Shown in pieces: positions 8,808 through 17,995 of a DNA stretch of 48,045 nt. The stretch comes from Lysobacterales bacterium. Lineage in GTDB: Bacteria > Pseudomonadota > Gammaproteobacteria > Xanthomonadales > SZUA-5. Where the stretch lies: positions 1 to 48,045 of the forward strand of contig JALHMH010000036.1 of the NCBI GenBank assembly GCA_022844165.1, given 5' to 3'. How positions within the stretch are numbered: the first letter of the stretch is position 1; each line of letters opens with the position of its first letter. The notes below the pieces were generated by a model that had not been told where the DNA came from, did no database searches, and was given only the letters and a program-made list of their open reading frames with translations. The translations under genes were made by a program, and so were the position numbers.

Positions 8808-9701
8808 TCACCAGTAGAAAAACACAGACAGGATGTGTGCGGTCAAGGCGCCAAGCAGCGCGAGCGACAGCGGCACGTGAATGTACAGCCAGATTTCCAT
8901 CAGTGCCTGCAACTGGATGTCTCGCGCGACGCGGCTGGCAAGCGCACGTTTGCGCGACACCAGATCGATCAGGCGGCGCAGCGTGTCGCTTTGCACGTCG
9001 TTGGCTTGATTGGCTAGAAAGTCGACCATCACAACCATGGTTTGCCCCGAGCGGTGTTGTTTGTCGGCGGTCGCAGCCTGCGTGACGGCTTCTTTGAGTC
9101 GCGTCAAGGCCTGGCCCGAGTCGTCTTTTGCCGTGAGCTGTGCCCAGAGCCCGCCGCCGAGCCTGGTGTTCTGGATCGATCGCAGAATCGCATCGTGCAC
9201 CGATTTGTCGACCTTGTCCGCCAGTTGCAGCGCTTGTGCGTCGAGTTCGCGAATCTCTGCCACCATCGCTTCGCGGGTCGCACTGGCGCGATTGCGCGTC
9301 ATCAGCGCCGGGTACCGCAGGTATGCGTAGACACCGAAAAATCCGCTGAAGATCACCAGCAACATCAGCACCAGGGCCAGCGTATGGATGTTCCAGCCGA
9401 CCTGGAATCCCGAGTGCAGCAAACTGATCAGTATCAGCGAGGTGCCCAGATACACGTGCGCACTCAACCAGCCACGCGCCGTGCCGATCGCTCGTCCATA
9501 GCGGCGTTTGCGGATGCCGAACCACAGCAACCACACGATTAATACCGCGCCGATCGTGCCTAAGGTATAGCCCAACCACGAGCCGCCATTTGGCACGCCG
9601 ATCGGATCGTGCCACAGGTACGCCGTCAGTGAGCCTGCGCACAGCAAGATCGATACCCAAAGGTAGCGATAGCTGCGGAAATTAAGGATCGAGTCATGCA
9701 T
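8808..9701 (-). CDS. Integral membrane protein, probable di-heme b (ferric-reductase-like transmembrane domain)
   Basis: Several TM segments and two H-x13-H pairs (HVYLGTSLILISLLH; HVPLSLALLGALTAH). Start taken at ATG 9701 (MHDSIL), downstream of the tandem repeat. Confidence 0.75.
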   Translation of the reverse strand: MHDSILNFRSYRYLWVSILLCAGSLTAYLWHDPIGVPNGGSWLGYTLGTIGAVLIVWLLWFGIRKRRYGRAIGTARGWLSAHVYLGTSLILISLLHSGFQVGWNIHTLALVLMLLVIFSGFFGVYAYLRYPALMTRNRASATREAMVAEIRELDAQALQLADKVDKSVHDAILRSIQNTRLGGGLWAQLTAKDDSGQALTRLKEAVTQAATADKQHRSGQTMVVMVDFLANQANDVQSDTLRRLIDLVSRKRALASRVARDIQLQALMEIWLYIHVPLSLALLGALTAHILSVFFYW

Positions 9702-9721
9702 GGTGGGGCGCGAGACCGAGA

Positions 9722-9978
9722 GGGCGTGCGGGGCACGGGGCACGGTACAGCAATTGCGGGGCACGGGGCGTGGGGCACGTGGCACGGTACAGCAATTGCG
9801 GGGCACGGGGCGTGGGGCACGGGGCACGGTACAGCAATTGCGGGTCACGGGGCGTGGGGCACGTGGCACGGTACAGCAATAGCGGGTCACGGGGCGTGGG
9901 GCACGTGGCACGGTACAGCAATTGCGGGGCACGGGGCGTGGGGCACGGGCCACGGTACAGCAATTGCGGGGCACGGTA
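9722..9978. repeat. Tandem array of six 42-bp units built from GGGGCAC-like heptamers
   Basis: CACGGTACAGCAAT recurs at 9741, 9783, 9825, 9867, 9909 and 9951 (exact period 42). Confidence 0.95.
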
Positions 9979-10043
9979 GAGCGAGGAAGGGGGCGTAGGG
10001 CGCAGGCTAAGGGACAAGCGTCGACCGCACCACAACACGTGCA

Positions 10044-10085
10044 CCCGTGCCCCGTGCCCCACGTCCCGTGCCCCGCTCTTGCTGT
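10044..10085 (-). repeat. Single inverted, diverged copy of the 42-bp unit
   Basis: Reverse complement ACAGCAAGAGCGGGGCACGGGACGTGGGGCACGGGGCACGGG versus unit ACAGCAATTGCGGGGCACGGGGCGTGGGGCACGGGGCACGGT. Confidence 0.85.
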
Positions 10086-10102
10086 TCCGCCCCATCACAA
10101 CA

Positions 10103-12493
10103 TCAAGGCGCCCGCGCATACGCGTACTCCGGCAACTGCTCCGGGCTGATGCGGATCGCCGCGCCCGTGGGACAGGCGCGCACGCAGGCTGCGCCGCCTT
10201 TAATGTCTTTGCACATATCGCACTTGACTGCTTTCTTCTCGTGGCTATCGGGATCGTATGGCGATTCGCCGGGGCCAGGGCCGGCGCCGAACAGCAGCCA
10301 CTGTAACAGGCCCGGTTTTTTCTTCGGTTTGGCGGCCATATGGATCACGCCATACGGGCAATTGCGTTCACAGTTGCCGCAGCCAATGCAGTTGTCGGCG
10401 ATGAAAACTTCGCCATTGGGCGCCCGGTGGATCGCATCTGGCGGGCAGTCCTTCATGCAGTGCGGATGCTCGCAATGGCGACAACTGGTTGGCACGTGAA
10501 CGTTGGCGAAGGTCGGACCGGCTTCGCGATCCAATCGTGAGGTGCCTCCGTGAGTCTCCGCGCAGGCTTTTTCGCAATTGTCGCAGCGCACGCATAACGA
10601 CTCGTCGATCAGCAACACGTCCGTTGCCTCGCCGACGCCCTGGCCGATCAAGAACGAAATGACGTCGCCGCTGGAGGCGCCGGCTTGCGTGGTAATGTTC
10701 TCGGCGGTTCGCTGTTTGACTTCGTTCGCCAGCTTCATTCGCAGCATCGGATTTTGTGCCAGCAGCTTGCGAAATGCGTCGCGTTCGACGCGGATCGTCT
10801 CGGTCGCAATCGCTGCTTTGGCGGTAGCCGAACGCTTGCCGCCGCCGAGCAGCGCCATTTCGCCCACATAGTTGCCGGCCGGCACATAGCTCAGCACGAT
10901 TTCGCGACCGGCGATCTGCCGCGAAATCGTCAGCGAGCCAACGCGAACGAGGTGCAGACAGTCGCCATCTTCGCCCTCGCGGAACAACACGTCGCCGGCT
11001 TTGAAACGCTGCAAGGTTGCGCCTTTGACGACATCGCGAATCTGCACTGCGGTTGCTTCTTCGCCGAATCGCGCGCGAATCGCGCGTTCGACGAAGACCT
11101 GGTCGATCATCTTTTTCACCGCATCGACCGAGTTAATGAGTCTTTTCATCGAACGGCGTGGTGTTTCGATCAGCACGCAGCTCTTGCCGGCGACCACGGT
11201 AGCGGTTCTGCGGCGACCCGAAATCAGGCTCATTTCGCCGAAAAACTCGCCCGGATTCAGTACGACACGTTTGTCGCCGCTGTCGTCCATCAGCACTTCC
11301 ACGTGGCCATCAACCAGGCAGTAGAAGCTGTTCGTGTAGTCGTTGCGCTTGAAGATCGCCTCTCCCGATTTTGGCGCAAGCAGCGTCGAGTCGATCATGA
11401 ACTCGCGCAATTGCAGGGGCGTAATCGTGGCCAGGAGCGGCACCGCATTCTGGATCTTCTGCAGCGTTGCGTTGACGCTCTTAAAGCCTGGCATCGATTC
11501 GAACTTCGCTCGCAGCAGCGGCTCGTCGGCGGGTTCCACGCTGCGACCCAAAATGTACTCGACGACCTCGTAACCCTGGTTCATCGCCTGCTTGATCAGC
11601 GGATAACCGCCCAATGCGCCGACGATGTACAACCCTGGCACATTGCTCTCGTACTTCTCGCTGATGGCGGGCACTGCCGCGGGATCGTCGTTCGGGAACT
11701 TAACGCCGCAAGCTTCGACAAACGTCCGCGGTGGATTCGCTCCAAGGCGGGCGATGATCCGATCGCACAGCACCTGCGCACGCCCCTTGGGCGTATTCAA
11801 GATCATGCGCCCCGGTTTCTTGCCGACCGTCAACTTATCGATGCGCTCTGGCGCCGAGCCAAAAAAGCACTCGATGACGCCGTCTTCGATCGCCTTCTGG
11901 ATGGCGCGCAGATTGCCTTCTTTGGCGCGCGCGAACTCTTCCCTGCGATTGACGACGACGACCTGATTCTGTTTGGCCAGAGCCACGGCATTTTCGATGG
12001 CCGCATCGCCAGCACCGACAACGATGATCGTCTCACCCTCATACTCGTCCGGATCGTCGAGCGTGTACTGAACAAAAGGCGCGTCTTCGCCCGCGACGCC
12101 GAGCTTTCGGATGTTGCCTTGCAGGCCAATACCGAGAATGACGTTCCTGGCCTGGATCTTGTCGTTGCGGCCAATCGACAGCTCAAAACCGGCGTCGGTT
12201 TTTTTGATCGCCGTCACTTCGGCGCCGTGCCTGACGTTGACGCCCAGTTTGGCAACGTCCTGATCCCAGCTTTCGAGAATGGACTCGCGCGAGCCGGCCT
12301 GAAACTTGAGTGGCGAGCGCAGCGGCAGAGCCTCCGGCTCGGCCATGACGTGTTTGCCTTTCTGATAGCGATAAATGGTGTTCGACAGGTGCAGCGCGCC
12401 CTCCAGCAGGATATGCGGGACCTTGAGTTCTGCGGCACGCGCGGCGGCGCTGATTCCGCCCGGTCCGGAGCCGACAATCGCGATCTCGAACAT
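10103..12493 (-). CDS. FAD/NAD(P)H oxidoreductase (TrxR/YpdA-like) fused to two cNMP-binding domains and a 4x[4Fe-4S] ferredoxin domain
   Basis: GSGPGG and GAGDAA Rossmann motifs. cNMP cassettes FFGEMSL...RTATV and YVGEMAL...RSATA. Fe-S motifs CVRCDNCEKAC, CRHCEHPHCMKDCP, CIGCGNCERNCP and KCDMC...CVRACP. Confidence 0.92.
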   Translation of the reverse strand: MFEIAIVGSGPGGISAAARAAELKVPHILLEGALHLSNTIYRYQKGKHVMAEPEALPLRSPLKFQAGSRESILESWDQDVAKLGVNVRHGAEVTAIKKTDAGFELSIGRNDKIQARNVILGIGLQGNIRKLGVAGEDAPFVQYTLDDPDEYEGETIIVVGAGDAAIENAVALAKQNQVVVVNRREEFARAKEGNLRAIQKAIEDGVIECFFGSAPERIDKLTVGKKPGRMILNTPKGRAQVLCDRIIARLGANPPRTFVEACGVKFPNDDPAAVPAISEKYESNVPGLYIVGALGGYPLIKQAMNQGYEVVEYILGRSVEPADEPLLRAKFESMPGFKSVNATLQKIQNAVPLLATITPLQLREFMIDSTLLAPKSGEAIFKRNDYTNSFYCLVDGHVEVLMDDSGDKRVVLNPGEFFGEMSLISGRRRTATVVAGKSCVLIETPRRSMKRLINSVDAVKKMIDQVFVERAIRARFGEEATAVQIRDVVKGATLQRFKAGDVLFREGEDGDCLHLVRVGSLTISRQIAGREIVLSYVPAGNYVGEMALLGGGKRSATAKAAIATETIRVERDAFRKLLAQNPMLRMKLANEVKQRTAENITTQAGASSGDVISFLIGQGVGEATDVLLIDESLCVRCDNCEKACAETHGGTSRLDREAGPTFANVHVPTSCRHCEHPHCMKDCPPDAIHRAPNGEVFIADNCIGCGNCERNCPYGVIHMAAKPKKKPGLLQWLLFGAGPGPGESPYDPDSHEKKAVKCDMCKDIKGGAACVRACPTGAAIRISPEQLPEYAYARAP

Positions 12494-12679
12494 GCGCTTC
12501 CTCGCGCGTCATGGATCGGTGAAGTATGCCTAATGCACCGCGATGCGTGCGATCAGCAACAAAGCCCAAAGCGGTTCAAACAATCCACCGCTGGAGCTGG
12601 CGGTTGCGCAGGATGCTCCGTTCGACTTGATACGCCCGCGTCGTTCCGCGCGTTCTCAATTTCGGCCCAGCGGCGTTTT

Positions 12680-13780
12680 TCAGTACACGCCACCAAGCAC
12701 GCGAGGGCCGCTTGCGCCGGTCACTTCGGCGCAGTTCCCAGCCTCGCGGCAGAGTGCGCGCCGGGCCAGCCACGCAAACGCAGCAGCTTCAACAAAATCT
12801 GGATCTAAACCGTGCTCACTGCTGTTGCTGAAGCGAATCGATCTGCCAAAATGTCGGTCGACAGCCGTTTTTGTATGTGCCAGAAGAGCGCGATTGTGCA
12901 CCCCGCCACCGCAAACAACCACTTCGGTCGTGTCGGGTTGCTCACGCGAGAGCGCGAGCGCAATGCTGCTTGCTGTCAGGGCAAGCAGCGTCGCTTGAAC
13001 ATCCGCAGGCCGGTCGGTGCCTCTTAACTTCGGTAGCAACCAACGCAGATTGAACATTTCCCGTCCGGTGCTCTTGGGTGCCGGTTGCGCAAAGTAAGAA
13101 TCGGCCAGCAGACGATCGAGCAAGGGTTCAATGATTGTTCCGGATGCGGCAAACGCGCCGCCCTCGTCGTGTACCACGCCCAGATGTTCTTGCGCCCAGG
13201 CGTCCAGCAGACAGTTGGCCGGGCCGGTGTCGAATCCACGTACAGGTTGGTCTTTGGCCAATAGCGTGAGATTGGCGATACCGCCAAGATTGAGAATCGC
13301 GCGAGGGCTTTCGCAGGCAAACAAAGCCGCATGCAGGCCGCACACCAGTGGTGCGCCCTGGCCGCCAGCGGCCATGTCGCGTCGGCGAAAGTCGGCGACG
13401 GTACAAATGCCGGTTGCTTCTGCAATTCGATTGGGATCGCCAATTTGCAGCGTGAACGGAAACCGATGTTGCGGCCGATGGCGGATGGTCTGCCCGTGCG
13501 AGCCGATCGCCCGGATCGTCGATGGATGCAGATTGGCGATGGCCAGGAGCGCATTGGCCGCATCGCCGAAAGCCATGCCCACTTCAACATCGATCGCGCC
13601 AAATTCGTCGACATTGATGCGATCGGCTTGCATCAGCGCCAGTAGCCGATGCCGCAGATCCGGGTCGTAGGGGAAAGTCTGCGCGGCGATCAATTTGAAG
13701 CCTGGTTCGAAGCACACCACGGCGGCATCGATTCCGTCCGCGCTGGTGCCAGAGATCAGACCTAGAAAGTGTTCTGCCAC
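12680..13780 (-). CDS. anmK: Anhydro-N-acetylmuramic acid kinase
   Basis: Motifs GLISGTSADGID, GSHGQT, DFRRRD..GGQGAPL, NLGGIAN, FDTGP and PKSTGRE. Confidence 0.97.
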   Translation of the reverse strand: MAEHFLGLISGTSADGIDAAVVCFEPGFKLIAAQTFPYDPDLRHRLLALMQADRINVDEFGAIDVEVGMAFGDAANALLAIANLHPSTIRAIGSHGQTIRHRPQHRFPFTLQIGDPNRIAEATGICTVADFRRRDMAAGGQGAPLVCGLHAALFACESPRAILNLGGIANLTLLAKDQPVRGFDTGPANCLLDAWAQEHLGVVHDEGGAFAASGTIIEPLLDRLLADSYFAQPAPKSTGREMFNLRWLLPKLRGTDRPADVQATLLALTASSIALALSREQPDTTEVVVCGGGVHNRALLAHTKTAVDRHFGRSIRFSNSSEHGLDPDFVEAAAFAWLARRALCREAGNCAEVTGASGPRVLGGVY

Positions 13781-13794
13781 GGTAAAGCCGGGTT

Positions 13795-15303
13795 TCAGCG
13801 GACCGCCAGCGATTGGTCTTCGACCACGGCCAACGCTGTAGCGTACTGCTTCCGCGCATGATGGAATGCAGCGAGTTCGCTGCCACTGAGTGGCTCGGAC
13901 ACCGGGAGATCCACGCTCAATGGGTCGCGGTGCACACCGCCGACGCGGAATTCGTAGTGCAGATGCGGGCCGGTGGCCAGCCCGCTCATGCCCACATAGC
14001 CGATCACTTCGCCCTGTTGCACCTTGGCGCCTTTGGACAAGCCCTTGGCGAACCGCGACAGATGTGCATACAGCGTGGTGACTTGATTGCCGTGTTGCAG
14101 CTCGATCGTGCGACCGTAGCCGCTCTGGTTGCCCATGCTGCGCACCGTACCACTGCCGGCGGCGCGCACCGGCGTGCCGGTGGGGGCAGCATAATCGACG
14201 CCTTTGTGTGCCCGCATGCGGCCAAGAATGGGATGTTTGCGCGCCGACGAGAAGCGACTGGAAATGCGGGTGAACTCTACGGGGGTGCGAATAAATGCCT
14301 TGCGCAAGCTGCGGCCATCGGCGCGATAAAAGTCGCTGCGGCCACTGCTGTCAGTAAACCGGAAGGCTTCGTAGCGCTTGCCCTGGTTGACGAATATGGC
14401 GGCAATGACATCGCCGTCGCGCAGCCGTACGCCATCTCGATAGATCGATTCATAGACAACCGCGAACCGATCGCCATTGCGCAAGTCCTGGGCAAAATCG
14501 ATGTCGTAGTTGAACACCTCGGCGAGGCGCATGACCTGAGTATCTGATAGTCCGGCCGCTTCGCCAGCACCAAACAGGGACGAGGAGATCACCGCGCTAC
14601 CGTATTGCGTACGGCGCTCAAGCGCCCGCTGGATGGTGCGTTCATTGACGTTTGCGCCATCAATCTCGACCAGAACACGCTCGGTTTCGCTTCGATCGAA
14701 CTGCAGTGCTGTCAATTGGCCGGCCTTGGGGATCCGAAATGCAATCTGGTCGCCAGGATGTATCTGGATCAGAGCGCGAACGCTCTCGCTGGCATCCAGC
14801 AACCGGTGCATTGAGGTTGCCGACAAGCCAAGCCGCGAAAAGATGTTGCCCAGGGTCTCATTCCGACGAACGGTGACCACTTGCCAGCCGTCCTCAGTAT
14901 CGCTGCCCAAATACAAATCGGACTCCAGGGCCGAAACAGGGGCAGTAGCGACGGACAGCGTTTCGCTGGCGGGCGGCAGTTCCAGCGGCAGCTGCAGTTG
15001 TCTTGCGATCGGATCCGGGCGTATCACACCGGCAAAAACTGGCAGAACGACGAGACCGACAAGCACGACCGACAACGCTGCACCGCCGAGCAATGTGGTT
15101 TGCCGATTTCGTACGCCAAAGTGAAGTGCTCTGACGACGGCATTCAGACAGGCGTTGCGAAAACGCGACAGCGGCTTGATATGGACTGGACGTTGCTGAA
15201 AATGGCGGCGGACCGCTTGGCGCGATTGGGAAGAGCGGCGATGGCGCCAATCGGATTGATAGATCACGCGTGGTTTCCGCCCGAGAGTGACGGCGCGAAC
15301 CAT
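13795..15303 (-). CDS. M23-family peptidoglycan DD-endopeptidase (MepM/OapA-like)
   Basis: HKGVD (HxxxD), YAHL and TGPHLHYE zinc motifs; N-terminal TM; adjacent to anmK. Start position uncertain. Confidence 0.92.
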   Translation of the reverse strand: MVRAVTLGRKPRVIYQSDWRHRRSSQSRQAVRRHFQQRPVHIKPLSRFRNACLNAVVRALHFGVRNRQTTLLGGAALSVVLVGLVVLPVFAGVIRPDPIARQLQLPLELPPASETLSVATAPVSALESDLYLGSDTEDGWQVVTVRRNETLGNIFSRLGLSATSMHRLLDASESVRALIQIHPGDQIAFRIPKAGQLTALQFDRSETERVLVEIDGANVNERTIQRALERRTQYGSAVISSSLFGAGEAAGLSDTQVMRLAEVFNYDIDFAQDLRNGDRFAVVYESIYRDGVRLRDGDVIAAIFVNQGKRYEAFRFTDSSGRSDFYRADGRSLRKAFIRTPVEFTRISSRFSSARKHPILGRMRAHKGVDYAAPTGTPVRAAGSGTVRSMGNQSGYGRTIELQHGNQVTTLYAHLSRFAKGLSKGAKVQQGEVIGYVGMSGLATGPHLHYEFRVGGVHRDPLSVDLPVSEPLSGSELAAFHHARKQYATALAVVEDQSLAVR

Positions 15304-15473
15304 ATCGACTCGCGAAGACTACGTCAAAACTTAAATTGGTGTTAAAGCAACAGTGTTGTGATTGCGCAACAATCCGCCGTGGACCTGGGTCCCAAGACCA
15401 TACCGACGCGTACCGTAGACCTTGAAACATTCCTTCCAGATACTTGGGCGTTTACTGCTCTGGAGAACAGACC

Positions 15474-16667
15474 ATGGATTGGTTGTCGTTTGCCGCGAAC
15501 GGATTGACCGGCGCACCGTTCTGGCTGGTCGTGCTGTACTTTATTTTGGTCACTCAATTAACCATATTCTCGGTGACCTTGTATCTGCATCGCAGTCAGT
15601 CGCACCGGGGCGTAGATTTCCATCCGGCGGTTGCACATCTGTTTCGGTTCTGGGCGTGGCTGACAACGGCCATGGTAACCAGGGAGTGGGTGGCGATCCA
15701 TCGCAAGCACCACGCGAAGTGCGAAACAAAAGACGATCCGCATAGCCCGCAAATCCATGGCATCAAGAAGGTGCTGTTCCATGGCGTTGTTTTGTACCAG
15801 CAAGCGTGCAAGGATCGCGAGTCGATCGAGCAATATGGTGCTGGCACGCCAGATGACTGGGTCGAACGTCACGTGTATGCGGCGCTGCCCGCGCTGGGTC
15901 CCACGTTGATGGCCATTGCCAACATGACGCTGTTTGGCGTCGTTGGGCTTGCGCTCTGGGCAATTCAGATGTTGTGGATTCCAGTGTTGGCCGCTGGCGT
16001 GGTCAATGGTCTTGGGCACTGGTGGGGCTATCGCAACTTCGAAACACGTGATACATCGACCAATTTGACGCCGTGGGCGTTTTTCATTGGCGGCGAGGAG
16101 TTGCACAACAACCATCACGCCTATCCCAGCTCATCGAAATTCTCGTTGCGGCGCCATGAGTTCGATATCGGCTGGCTGGTGATCCGCGTCCTGGCAGCTT
16201 GCGGGTTAGCCAAAGTGATTCGGACTGCGCCGGCCTTGGCCGAGCGCCCGAATATGCCGGTGCCCGACATGGACACCGTGCGAGCATTGTTGACGCATCG
16301 GTTCAAAGTGATGAGCGACTATTTTCACGGTGTCATCGTGCCGACGGTACGCATCGAAGCCGGTCGCGCCGAAGGCAGGATGGAACTGCTGCGGGGCAAA
16401 CTGAAGCGTGCGCTGGCAAACGATGGTCGCTGGCTGGACGAGCGCTCGCGCGAACGCATGCGACTTTGGGTGAGCGAGCGCCCTGCGCTGGCCCGGGTCA
16501 TGGACTATCAGCGCAGCCTGTCGGCAACGCTGGAGCGATCTGGACGCAATGGTGAGGCGCTTGCCGAGTCCATTCGTGCCTGGTGCGACGAGGCTGAAAA
16601 GTCCGGTATTGCCGCTCTGGAGACGTTTGCAAGGCGCATCCGCGGCTATCAGTTGCTCGGAGCCTGA
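15474..16667 (+). CDS. Acyl-CoA/acyl-lipid delta-9 fatty acid desaturase (DesA-like) with C-terminal extension
   Basis: His boxes HRSQSH, HRKHH and HNNHH. GGAG RBS before ATG 15474. Confidence 0.93.
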   Translation: MDWLSFAANGLTGAPFWLVVLYFILVTQLTIFSVTLYLHRSQSHRGVDFHPAVAHLFRFWAWLTTAMVTREWVAIHRKHHAKCETKDDPHSPQIHGIKKVLFHGVVLYQQACKDRESIEQYGAGTPDDWVERHVYAALPALGPTLMAIANMTLFGVVGLALWAIQMLWIPVLAAGVVNGLGHWWGYRNFETRDTSTNLTPWAFFIGGEELHNNHHAYPSSSKFSLRRHEFDIGWLVIRVLAACGLAKVIRTAPALAERPNMPVPDMDTVRALLTHRFKVMSDYFHGVIVPTVRIEAGRAEGRMELLRGKLKRALANDGRWLDERSRERMRLWVSERPALARVMDYQRSLSATLERSGRNGEALAESIRAWCDEAEKSGIAALETFARRIRGYQLLGA

Positions 16668-16804
16668 ACGCGCCGGTGACCTCAAGGGCTGGATCGAGAC
16701 GGTTCCGATCCAGCCCGGCCCGAACCAACTTCTGGCCTTTGACTTCTGAGCGTGGACGCTGGATCGTCGACCGGCTCGACCGTTGACGATCGCGCCAGTT
16801 CTCC

Positions 16805-17995
16805 ATGTCTCAACACACGCGCAGTTTGATCGTACTGCTGGCCGGCCTGTCGATGATCGGTCCGTTTGCGATCGACACGTTCTTCCCTGCATTTCCGTTG
16901 ATGGCCCAGGAGCTGTCGGCCTCCTCGTTTCAAATGCAGCAGACCCTGAGCGTGTATCTGGCGGCCTACGGATTGATGGCCCTGCTGCATGGCGCTTTGT
17001 CCGATGCGATCGGACGGCGCCCGGTGATCATCGGTTCGTTGATGGTCTTCAGTCTGGCATCGATCGGATGCACTTTTGCCGGTTCGCTGGACGAGTTGTT
17101 GGCATGGCGAGCGCTGCAAGGGTTGAGCGCCGGTGCTGGTGTGATCGTGGGACGCGCCATCGTTCGCGATTGTTTCGATGGCGCAAAGGCGCAACGGGTC
17201 ATGAGTGGCATCAGTATGTTGTTCGGTATTGCGCCAGCGATTGCGCCCATCGTGGGAGGCTATCTCCTGGTCTTTGGCTGGCGCGCCTCGTTTGCGTTCC
17301 TGACGGTTTTGACTGGCGTCCTGTTGCTCGCCAGCCTGCGTTATCTGCCGGAATCGCACCCGCCGAGTGCGCGTGTGCCACTGAGATTCAACACCTTGGT
17401 TCAGGGTTACGCGCAAATCTTGCGCAGTCCGCGATTTGTGTTACTCGCGTTCGCTACGGGCTTCAACTTCGCGGCGATTTTCTTGTATATCGCGTCGGCG
17501 CCCGTGTTCGTCCTCGAACACCTGGGGTTTAACGAAAGGCAGTTTGGCGCGTTTTTCGTTCCAACCATCGGCGGTATGGTCTTCGGCTCCTACTTAAGCG
17601 GTCGCCTGGCCGGACGAGCCGACGCGAAGCCAGTGATCGCGTTTGCTTATGTTGCGATGTTTTTCGCCGGCGTTGCGAACGTCATTTACACGCAACTGTT
17701 TGCTTTGTCCTGGCCGGCCGCCGTGTTGCCGATCGCCTTGGTGGCCTGTGCTGTCGCTCTGACGTTTCCGCAGATGTCGATCATGCTGCTCGACCAGTTT
17801 CCGGAACGCCGTGGTAGCGCCAGCAGCCTGCAGATGTTCTTGAGCCTGATCGTCAACGCTGCGGTGGCTGGTTTGATGGCGCCATGGTTGCAAGCCAACG
17901 TGGCGCACCTGGCGGCAGGTGCGCTGGCACTGTCGGTGTCTGGCGGAGTGCTTTGTGTCTTAGCCTTTCGGATGCCACTCAGCTCGACGCGCTGA
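16805..17995 (+). CDS. Bcr/CflA-family MFS efflux transporter
   Basis: Motifs IDTFFPAFP, LSDAIGRRPV, RAIVRD and LPES; ~12 TM. Confidence 0.93.
   Translation: MSQHTRSLIVLLAGLSMIGPFAIDTFFPAFPLMAQELSASSFQMQQTLSVYLAAYGLMALLHGALSDAIGRRPVIIGSLMVFSLASIGCTFAGSLDELLAWRALQGLSAGAGVIVGRAIVRDCFDGAKAQRVMSGISMLFGIAPAIAPIVGGYLLVFGWRASFAFLTVLTGVLLLASLRYLPESHPPSARVPLRFNTLVQGYAQILRSPRFVLLAFATGFNFAAIFLYIASAPVFVLEHLGFNERQFGAFFVPTIGGMVFGSYLSGRLAGRADAKPVIAFAYVAMFFAGVANVIYTQLFALSWPAAVLPIALVACAVALTFPQMSIMLLDQFPERRGSASSLQMFLSLIVNAAVAGLMAPWLQANVAHLAAGALALSVSGGVLCVLAFRMPLSSTR

Noticed and set aside
9702-9974. N-terminal 91 aa of ORF 8808..9974 as real protein
   Set aside because: It is a translation of the 42-bp repeat. 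Membrane-protein-like sequence begins at ATG 9701. Kept only as a remote possibility.
9722-9978. CRISPR array
   Set aside because: Units are near-identical along their whole length with no unique spacers, and no cas genes are in the window.
10685-12808. Long antisense ORFs (also 22545..24641, 35205..36953 and many shorter ones)
   Set aside because: They are shadow frames opposite well-supported genes in GC-rich DNA and show no recognisable motifs.
15345-15372. FabR/DesT-type operator upstream of the desaturase (GCAACAGTGTTGT)
   Set aside because: It is only a short imperfect palindrome, too weak to call without comparative data.
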